Positions 53,450 to 64,000 of a DNA stretch of 64,000 nucleotides are shown here, one piece after another. This DNA comes from Octopus vulgaris (Eukaryota): positions 43,028,001 through 43,092,000 of the forward strand of contig OX597820.1 in assembly GCA_951406725.2 (NCBI GenBank), in the 5' to 3' direction. The translations under genes and the position numbers were made by a program. Within the stretch, counting starts at the first letter, position 1; each line of letters starts with the position of its first letter. The notes under the pieces were generated by a model that worked only from the letters and a program-made list of their open reading frames with translations, searched no databases and was not told the origin of the DNA.

Positions 53450-55150
53450 CGTTCGTGCTAAGCTCACATGACACATAGTATAAATAAAAGGTCTCTATAT
53501 TGTTACCGTTAAATTTATTTGTATGTGATAGTGTTTCATATTGTCTCCAGTTTAATCTCTAGACTCAGCATCTTAAGAAAATATTCTTCCTTTGCTCTAG
53601 CAAATTGTTAGGTTGCTTTCTTTATTTCTACGAAACGGAAGTATTTTGAGATTCCCACTCTCCTGACTTGGTCTGCTCAGCTTGTTTTGGACCGATATAG
53701 TTCTGAATTCTATCATGCCCATCCAGTAAACTAACACGCTTCGCAAGTTATACAAGCATTAACTTTGAATTGTTTTCAATCGTTAAATTTTAAAATTTGA
53801 CATTCTTCAACTGAATTACCCTTCAACAAATGCTACTTGCATAACATATTCTTCTTTCTTACAGATCTTTTACGATTGTCAGTCTCTCTTCAAATTTAAT
53901 GATTTGTGACTCGTTAATAGCTTTACTTAGATTCAGGAGCTGGCGTGGAAGTGGAAGATATCATGTTGCGAAATCTAAGGCGTATTAGTTTCTGGAAGAT
54001 TTCAGTTATTTATTTATTTTGTTATCCAAGAAATATGGTAACTTGTGCTTCGTTTATGTCATAACTTTTTAAGTCTTCCAGGTATTTTTGTATTCAGAGG
54101 TATACTTTACAGCACCCCGGTATATCTTCTCTGTAATTGAATCTCAGACTATTGTACATGCATGTCTTTCCATATTAAGTAGGAAAATTAGCATGGCAGT
54201 GTATCCTAATCTTTACCGTAGAGATTGGCTTTAATAACTTCATTTGCCCCAAACTCTCAAATAATGAAAGTTCTCATTTAGGAAGTTTCTATTGTAAATA
54301 TGATTAATTTGTTAAATTTTATATGCATTTTTCGTGTAAATCTCAGAACATGTAATGACCATAGAGAAATATGTTTGTGTTATCTTTTAATAGATTTTGA
54401 ACCTCTGATATAAACAGGCTTACAATTTTTCCTTCATCAGTGTAAAAGGACAGTTTTTTGCCCATTACTCTACCTGTGCTACCTTCCTTGTACTTTTTAC
54501 TAATGGTGTTACCTTTTTCACGGAATATATGTGCAGAATAAACTTACGCGGACTCCTATTGAAATACTTTTAATGATCAATTAGATTCATATCTCCCTTT
54601 CTATAGTATTATGTGATGCATTTCTAAATTAGGGATTGATCTTTACAGTCATTCTACATCCGTCATAGAATTTATTCCTGAAAGCGTGTTTTATTTTACC
54701 AAATATTTATGCTCCTTTTATATTGTAATTCAATTTTGCAGATTGTAGAAGTCGTGTTAATGATCCGTAGTAAGTGTTTCAAGTATTTTTTGCTTTAAGC
54801 ATTAAGGTAGTTTTCCTATGTGAGACAACTAGTTGTTGTTCCAGCTCCCTCTGTATCTCATTAAGCACCTCTACCAGCACCGTTATGGTAAGACATATTT
54901 TCACCTGAAGTGGCGTAAAATAATTGTCACTTGTTTCTTTACTGCGTTAGCTATTCTGAATAAAATCGTCCGTGATGATTCGTTGGCTACCCTAAATCCA
55001 TCTCCAAATTTTCTACTTTTCGGTTGCGTTCCAATTTGAGCAAGTTCTTGATAACATTGTTTGGAGATGCAGTCGAAATACGAGTTTCCAAAAAAATCGC
55101 TGTGGATTCTCATATCAAAAGATTATTAGCGATTTAGTGACGAACTATGC
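53450..55150 (-). pseudogene. Heavily decayed LINE (possibly RTE-like) remnant
   Basis: Microsatellite-free stretch with faint minus-strand motifs in the expected order: GDGFRV (GVGF-like), YLNA (GDFNA-like), TDH (SDH-like), KYL. Motifs are weak. Confidence 0.35.
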
Positions 55151-55499
55151 TGTCATGCGTTCTCACATCCTAGATATTTCATTTTATCATTTTATGTTGC
55201 TTATTTTTTTGCGTTAGACATAATAGTTTTTCTATAGTTGTTTCCCTCCCCAATTGAGTAAGTTTGCTAATGATTTCTTTAAGATTTGAAAATTTTTTTT
55301 TCTTTTTCTATCTCGTCCTCCTGATTTCTTATCTGTTATATGCCCTTAGGTTTTTAATTTCGCTTTTAACTAGGCCTGTTGGAGTACTCCTTTTACTATT
55401 AATATCTACATTATCATTATCAACATCATTATTATGATTATAGCTATTACTACTCCTACTTCTACTACTATTATTATTATTATTACTTATACTACTGTC

Positions 55500-56170
55500 A
55501 TAGTCGTTAGTCCTTCGCAAAAAATGCTTAGCAGTATTTCCTTTCGCCCCCTTGTGTCTTGAGTTCAGATTACATCGGTGTCGATTTTGTCTTTCATTAT
55601 TTTGGAGTCCATAAAATAAGTACTAGTTGAACACTGAGTCGATGCTATGGTCGTCCCTGCGCCTCAGATCTGCTGGCATCGTGCTATAATATGAAGAGAT
55701 TATCATTACAGGGGTGAACTAGCAGAATCGTTAGCGCATCGCGAAAAATAACTAGCGAAATTTCTTCCGTTGTATTGACTCCGGACTTTAAATCCCGCGG
55801 AAATCACCTTAACCATTCATTCTTTTGTGGACCGAGGAAGTAAGTATTAGTTTAGCACTACGGTCGGTGTAAACGACTTAACTATAGGCTTAAATGTGTT
55901 GGCCTTGTAACAAAATATGAAGAACTTATAATTATTATTTGTAGTAGTTCTTCTAAGGCGACCATCAAGCAGATTCCTTAGCACGCTAGTACAAGATGCT
56001 TAGCAGCATTTCTTCTCATTTTACGTTCAGAGTACAAATTCCATAGAAATCGACTTTGTCATTTAATATTTTGGGGTCGATGAAATATGAACCAGTTGAA
56101 CACTGGGTTCAGTGTAATTGATTGACTACCCCACCATAAAATTTCAGACCTTGTGATAATAGAAGAAACT
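55500..56170 (+). mobile_element. Three old SINE-2 copies in tandem
   Basis: Recurrent GTTAG/CTTAG head, GTCGA body, CACTG.GTC and CCTTGTG tail motifs starting at about 55500, 55712 and 55956. Confidence 0.65.
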
Positions 56171-57029
56171 ATTATTGTCACTAATATTTGTTGTAGTAGT
56201 ACGAACAGCAGTAGCAGTAATAGTGGTATTGAGGGTAATGACTATGCTGGTGGTACTAGTCGTAGTAACAGCAGCAGAAATATTTTTTTGTTGCATTGAT
56301 CACTAAGATTGATTGTCATATTAATATGTGTGTAGATGGCGCTTTGGTAGTAGTATTTGAATTTTTATTTCGATTAGTTTTCTCTCTAAATAATTATATT
56401 ATCGTTAGTTTAGTTCTTGAAATAAACAACCTGGAACTGTTCTCGCTTTAATGAGAATATTTTCCAAATCTGATTCAATGATTAAAATTATATTTATGTT
56501 TCGTGTTCTGAAGCTAAAGAATTGATAGCGTGTATTTGTATGCATGATTTGTAACACATAGACACACACACAGACACATACACACAGCACACATATGTAT
56601 AAATTTATTTATATTTATATTTATAGAGAAATGTATATCTGAATGTTTATAAGTACGTATGTATGTTTGTCTTTGTGCGCATCTGTATATTTATTGCACA
56701 ATTCACTGACTGCAGTCATGAGAGAAGTTTCACAAATAAAAAAGAGATCATTAGAATCTATGTGATTTTCATTAGGTAAAGCTTTATATGTATTCTCATG
56801 AGCAATTAGTCAGATTTTAATTTTACGCTGAAATTATAACAACGGTCGATTTATCTAGGCACATAGCTTCCATTAAAAATACATTTCCCTTGTTTATATA
56901 CAAACACACAACATATCTGGCACCCACCCATACGTGTTAGAAATAAATATGCAGTAATACGCTCCATCACACAATGTTAAATGATTACATACAAATAGTG
57001 ACACACACATGTATTAAATATTTACAAAC

Positions 57030-57085
<56 letters not shown>

Positions 57086-57190
57086 ATATATACATTTGTA
57101 TATATGAATTTATCTATCTGTCTATCTACTTATCTATCTATCTCTGCCCCTCTCTTTCTTCCTCTCTTTCTCTATACACTCACACACACA

Positions 57191-57233
<43 letters not shown>

Positions 57234-57411
57234 GTATGTATTTATAAGTTTGTTTATTAGGAATGTGTATTCATACGCATTTCATGAAGTCACACAAGCG
57301 CACACACGAGAATGATTCACTTACCTATTACATATTTACCTCTTTTTGTGATAGTGTGCGCGTAATTATTTATTGATACACTGTATCTATGTATATATAA
57401 GGTGAATATGA

Positions 57412-57472
<61 letters not shown>

Positions 57473-57533
57473 ATGCGCATATACATATATACATACACAC
57501 ATACAAACGTGTATATATATATATATATATATG

Positions 57534-57588
<55 letters not shown>

Positions 57589-57623
57589 GTATACTTTATT
57601 AATAAAGCTGCATAGACATCAGA

Positions 57624-57669
57624 AAAACTGTTACTCAGAGTTTAATGTTCATGTTCGTCGGACAGTTTT
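57624..57669 (-). ncRNA. Degraded hammerhead motif, CCGACGA core (family G)
   Basis: AAAACTGT-CCGACGA-ACATGAACAT-TAAAC-TCTGA-GTA-ACAGTTTT; 8-bp stem I intact, stem II and G12 mutated. Confidence 0.6.
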
Positions 57670-58733
57670 GGTTGAGAATGGTTATATGCATAAATATAGA
57701 ATTACTTTGATGGATACACATTTGAAAATGGTTTTTTTTCCTGGTCCTTTCAGCAAGCGATCTTTTCAATAACCAGTTACATTAAATTAGAATTACGATT
57801 TAAAATCATACTATAAAAAATCGAAGAATCATGAAATCAAAAATTAGCTCTAGTAAAAGGAAAAAAACCCTGAATACCCAGGGTATATTAATTAATGGTA
57901 AAGAATAATAAATTTGAATAAATTAAAAAGATATTTCCGTTTGAAATACAAGCATTTACGAAGGACTAACATCATTAAAATACATGCACATACCAAAGAA
58001 CCTATATATACATATATACACTAAACATACAAATGTTGGTACATGCCTACATACACAAATAAATAAATACAAGCAAAAAAATATATACAACTGCATATAT
58101 AGGTATTCACGTACAAATATATACGCACATAATACTTCTCCGTTTGTGTTCCAAATATTCAACGTAGTTGTTACAAGCTAGAGAAATACATCGAAAAGAA
58201 ATATAAGTGATGGGCGAACGAAATTAATATTAATATCAATAATATTAATATTAATATGCTAAGCTACTGGTATTAATTGATTAATATCAATTTCTACCTT
58301 TATTATTTAATTTTTAAAAAAAAATGTTCTGTAACCTGATGCTGAAATTTATTATATTACAGATATATACAGATATATATATACGCTCACATAGATATAC
58401 GCAACCGTAAGTGCGCTTACTAATACATACTTATATATACACATGGGATCACATATAGAGATACATGTATATACGTACACACCGACAGATGCACACATGC
58501 ATACGCATATATGTACATACATATATATATGCGTATACATATGAGTGTGTGTTTGTATATACAACCAAATATACGAAGCTTGTTCATTTAAGATTTCCAT
58601 TGACCTACTCCCGGTTATTTCGGGAAACGGCCCTTGCAAAGGTATAATTATACATGTCACAACATGTCACATTATAAACTGCAGTTTTCAAATAGTATTC
58701 GTTTGTCCTTTACGGCTCATCAAGTGGACTATA

Positions 58734-58988
58734 ATGGAAGTAGTTGAATGCAGATCAGTGATCAGGTTCTTATACTTGAAAGGTCGTACACTAAAAGAGA
58801 CTTTCGATGAGATGACTGAAGTTTATGGTGGCGTTGCCCCAAAATACGTAGTAGACAAACACTGGCGTCGTCAGTTCAAATATGGTCGGACATCGGTCGA
58901 AACTGCTCCTATTCCCAGACGACCACGTGCTGCCATTGATGACGATACCGTACATAAAGTGGAATCCACAATTTTGAACTGTACATAA
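58734..58988 (+). pseudogene. Mariner transposase N-terminal (HTH) fragment
   Basis: MEVVECRSVIRFLYLKG..VYG..AP..W.RQFK.GRTSVE.APIPRRP is a typical mariner DNA-binding region with a GRP-like motif; truncated. Confidence 0.85.
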
Positions 58989-60049
58989 AAGGTAGAAGTA
59001 GTTGGGAAGCATATCAGTGACTAGGGTAACATAGTATTGACCAGCCCCGTTTATAGATTGTCTGTCCTGAAGCCAGATTCTTGTTCGGTCATTTTCTCGT
59101 TATTTTCTCTCACGCTTTTTTTTTTTTTGGTGTATTCAATAATGTGCCGCTCGCTGTTCACAGTACAACCACATTCAATATAATTTTGTAGATAGTATTA
59201 ACTCCATAAATAATTGTTAGTCTTCTGTAGACGTCAGGTAGTCTGAATCCTTTCTTGGCTGTGAAAACAATAAGGGCACATTGCTTCTGCATGGAACCCA
59301 TTATTTACCTTGCAAAAAGCAAGAAACATTATTATTAGAAGAAACATTACTCAACCAGCATGTGCAATTTAAAAGACCTATGTCAGTTTATATATGTTAT
59401 TCTCAAATTTGAATTACCTTCTCTATAGCTTTCGTATACACATAAATACGCATGCGCGTTCATAAAAGCTTATATACAAGCACAAACACACACACATATA
59501 TATATATAATTATATGTATGTATGAATGTATGTATGTATATGCATTCATGTATGCATATACGTGTGTATATTATGTCGAGTGTCCTATTAATGTATGCGC
59601 AAAGATATTGAAATCACGCATATATGCTTGTGTAATAATTTTAAAAATTTATTTTATTGAGAAAATAGGGAATAATTAAAAATGACTCCATTACAGTTAT
59701 TCGTAAAATTTTAATGCGATGAAATGGAAAAATATTTCCATAATTAAACAGAAGATTCCCTGGCGATGAAATGTTAAGCCTAAGGTAATTTTCATTATTA
59801 TTTTACCTAAATGAATTTTTATTGGAACCCTAGCAATGTAATTAAACTCATTTCAATTTCAAAACAGTACCTGAAGTTCTAAAAATATAATAGTTGAAAG
59901 CATAAATAAAACTGATATGAAATTTTTTAAATGTTTATATTCGATATGTTTAAATTATTCAAAACTTTATAGAAGAATAGTGAAAGGCCGGAATACAGAT
60001 TCCCTTAGAAATATCTTATTTCAAAATATGGTAATGAATTCCAAGACAT

Positions 60050-60950
60050 CTTTAGAGTAGCAAACAGCAACTAAGTATATAACCTGTGGCAACTTCACGG
60101 TCTTCGAATGATGAACGTTGTTTCTCCTGTATATTAGTTCCGTTCAAGTAGATCGCCAAATCAGTGAATGAGTTACAGTGTTAAACGTATTACGAAATAA
60201 ATAACGGTAAGTAGACTACATACTACTGACATTTTCCTCTGCCATTCTTTACCTCTCCCCACCTTTTTACATGTCCATGTCATTTATATGTACCACATGA
60301 AGAGTAACCATAACCAGCTGAAGAAAGCATTTTTAATAGAACGCCACTAACTTGTTTATTTGGAACTGAATATCACTATTGATAATGAGTTGTTAAAAAT
60401 ATCGTATTGTAATTGGCTACTCTTCTTTAAATTCTTAGCAGCGATTCAGCGTGTCTTTCACTGGCTAACATATAAAAGAATAGGTAAGTATCATCACAAT
60501 TTAAACTGATCAGTTTTCCTTTTCAGTTTTGTTCATCCTTTTACACACATTATTACTCAGGTCAAAATTTGCAGACAGTGGGGTTAGTTTAGTGTACGTT
60601 ACATCACCATAAACACTTTGATCATCGCAGGTGCCTCTTAGTTCTGTGTAGTATCACCATGTTACCAGTTTCCGCATTCCACAGAATTGTGCGACTACAG
60701 CTGGAAATGTATCGATTTTATTCCCTCCGAGTTCATTTTAAGTAATGAATGAAAACTAAAGCACTTACATAACAGAGGGACTTTCTTTGCAGTAATTAGG
60801 ATACCTCTACCATCTGCGACAATGAAATGTCCATGGATTCATCACAGGAAACGTGTACAATAGGCTGGAGCAGTTCCGAATCGCAAATTACCTGCACGGT
60901 TGCATTCCCTATTCTTTCAATGGATAAGATGTAAAGACTTGATTAAGACG
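60050..60950 (-). pseudogene. Possible very old LTR-retrotransposon pol remnant
   Basis: Minus-strand traces RFGTAP, FIVAD and VAQFCGM appear in RT order but are short and interrupted. Confidence 0.25.
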
Positions 60951-62833
60951 AAAACTTCCAAAAAAGAATCAGTCTTACCAGAAGTGACAACCATAATATA
61001 AGAATATATGTAAGTATGTATTCTTCTAATTTCAATTATATTAAATCTTTGTCTAAAGAAGGAGGTGGTTTCTACCAAAAAAGTGATTTAAACGTAAATA
61101 ACAAAACAAATTCGCGTTCTAATCTTGAGAAAATTCTTTTCATATCTGTACTGTTGCGCTTATCGGTTCATATATCTAATGCGAGTGTTAGCTACTAGAT
61201 TTCTTTTTCTGAAAATCCCAGGTATTCCAGATTTTAACATAGGTATTTTACTAATATGTGAATTTATAATCCGAATATAAAAGCTGAAGGTTTCGAAGCA
61301 GTTGTCTGAAGTTGTCTTCTTTCAAAGAAATATTTCAAAGAGATATTTACAACAGCAAACCGTCTGGTCTCTATGACAGTACTTAATTTTTCTTATCTGT
61401 CTCAATCAACGATATCCAGACTTTCATGTTCGCACTTGGCAGATGTTTTGATGGGAATGATGATGTTTGTGTATGTATGTATTCAATAACAAGGTGAATT
61501 TCTGTATTATTTGACAGGTATTATACTAGTACAAATATGCAGCGAGAATGAGACAGAAGTAGAGAGAGAAACATAGAGTAACAGGATGATGGTCTGTATA
61601 TAATGGTAGATAGAAAAATAGATACAGATAATTAAAGTCGTGTTTCCATCATCATTAATAATGACGCAATTCTACCGTTCTGCAGCATGTATGTGGATAA
61701 ACTAATATATTATAATAATACGTTAATACGTTTTTCTCTAATGACACTTTATGGCGCAGATGAAAGCTCAAACCAATCCGCTCTACTTATCTCAGTTACT
61801 GTTATATATCCACTCGTCCTATTAAACACAGACGTTGTGAAATCACTATGAATATGATCTCATATAATATAAATAAATATGTCTAAAGTTTCCGGACAAA
61901 CAAGTGAAAATAGTTATTTTTATTATTCATTCTCATGCTCATTATACATACACATATAAATGCAGATATACATATAAAGCCTCAGATAGACATTCTTGTC
62001 TATTTCATTCAGAGATACACACAGACCAATAAATAGTCCAGAGGCTCACATCCCACTGCCTTATCTTCCATACTGTTATGGCCTGAGACACTCAAAGCTA
62101 TTGGTTTTGTTACTCCTGCATTAAACAATACTTAAATCAACTGCATCCGTATATCTGGTTAATATTTATTTGTCTAAGACTCCAGACCATGCACTCACCG
62201 CTATACATTTCTCCCTAGAACGTTGCCCTCCAGCTGACCTTCCAGAAGATCAGTGCAGATCTCCTCACTTCCCTCCTACAAACAGTGAGTCAACTGCCTA
62301 AGTATCCGATTTGCACACACTTTCCATTACCTATAAATTTTCATCATCTTTTTAACGTAATGTGACAAGTGTTTTTTAAGCAGCAAGCTCACTGATTGTG
62401 ACTCGTCCTTCCGCGCGAATCAGTTTCTCCACTCACTGATGACTCGCGGTTTCCGATGGTCCCACACTGCATGGCTTACCATCTCTAAATCTTATTTATC
62501 CGTCTGCACATATTCCTCTTCGAATGCTGTAATCTTTGTAAACAATATATAACCATTTGTGGATGTCGGAGGGCCTGCAACTCTCCTACATTAAGAAATC
62601 CCTGATGACATGATACCTTTGTTTGGAACCCTTTATTTGCCTGCGAAGAATAGGGAAACTTATCTACGACAAAATATTTGCTTTATTAACATAGGTAATT
62701 TGACCGACTGATGTCAGTTTGTAAAAAAAGTTATGCCAAAAGAAGTTATGCATTTCGTTCGGTAGAACACTTGTGTGTATGTGTGTGTGCGCGCGCAAGT
62801 TTGTTTGTTGTATATACACATATATACGCATGA

Positions 62834-62867
<34 letters not shown>

Positions 62868-63589
62868 ATGTACGGATGTATGTATGTGTACAGACACACA
62901 TGCCCTTGTGTTTATGTGTGCGTGTGCATGTGTGTGTATAAATGTTTGCGCATTCATTGATTGTTAAAATACACATAAAAGGCGGAAATGGAATTCTATT
63001 GTCATAATGAAAGTAATGAATATTTGATGTATAGTTATCTAGTTAATTTAGATGATAACAGAAATTATTGATTAGAAGGGAGATCCTACTGTCACGAGCA
63101 GGTTAACTAGAATCTATTCACTATATTACAAATTTACTAGATAATAGCTAAAACTTTACCATTCTTAAATAATATTTTGTCTAAAATTTGTAGGATTCGC
63201 GCCTCCTTCAAGATGGCAACGGAAATAATTTAATGTATATTTTCTGATACTCATTGCTAGAATAATAAGAGTTTATGCCTTGAAGCGCATATGATGTCGT
63301 CAAAAGACATACAGGAAGCAATTGAAGTATGAAGAAAAAGATACGATGAGCGAAAAAATAAGAAAAAAATTCACATCGCAGAAAGAAAGAATGGGGAAGA
63401 GATATGAGAAATAGAAAGACGGAAGTGTTTGTGAAAGAAATAATGAAAGAAGGATACAAGAGAAATGAATATAGTTGCCAAAACAACCTTGCCATATTTT
63501 ACTAATCAAACGGAAAGGAAAAAAAAATAGTAGCGCCTGGTAAAATAATCGACAGAAGTGGTATAATGCTGACATCAAACAGACTCACT

Positions 63590-63900
63590 GGAGATTAACT
63601 TAGGAAAGTCATCTCACCACTGAAGAATGTAGTTCTTATTACTTTCTGTTCCCAACTAGAAGACTACCAGACATCGAGGCGTTGTTTTCTCAGAAATTGT
63701 ATGAATTCTTCTCAAAGCTTATCTAATTTTTATCCATTACAGATGCGCCAAAGAGATAATCCATGAACATGATTTCAGTTGTCCCAAAACACCATCTGAT
63801 ATTTCTCTTGGGGATTTTTAATTCATTATTTCTAAAATTGACGTTAGTTCTACTTTGAGAAAGGGAAGCACTTGATTATTCAAGCTTCATTCACTCTTAA
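63590..63900 (-). pseudogene. Decayed mariner transposase fragment
   Basis: Minus strand MVFWDN..IMFMDYL resembles the mariner VFWD..G....DYL motif. Confidence 0.45.
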
Positions 63901-64000
63901 CAGCTATCCCCATAAATCTTTTCTTGTCTATATCTGTTTTTCTATCGCACTCTCTCTCACACACTCTCTATCATTCTTTCTCTGTCTATGTCATCCTTTG

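Overview
AT-rich, microsatellite-saturated eukaryotic non-coding DNA, probably intronic or intergenic. The tRNA-derived SINE families resemble those of Octopus or another coleoid cephalopod (inference from repeat recognition, not a database hit). I found no intact host gene; nearly all listed ORFs are microsatellite translations. The window is a mosaic of three tRNA-headed SINE families, a 5'-truncated Tx1/L1-type LINE in (GATA)n, R4/Dong-type endonuclease fragments plus a non-coding element in (TAA)n, Tc1/mariner relics, a non-autonomous Helitron, a solo LTR and hairpin MITEs. The main signal is about eleven minimal type-I hammerhead ribozyme motifs in six small non-coding repeat families with Penelope-like architecture. 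Most have non-canonical cores (CCGANGA or CUGUAGA). They include a TSD-bounded element joining a tRNA-derived head to a hammerhead tail (2019-3383) and a palindrome with a hammerhead on each strand (15911-16403). Family letters A-G and SINE-1/2/3 are my working labels. Coordinates were counted by eye and edges may be a few bases off.
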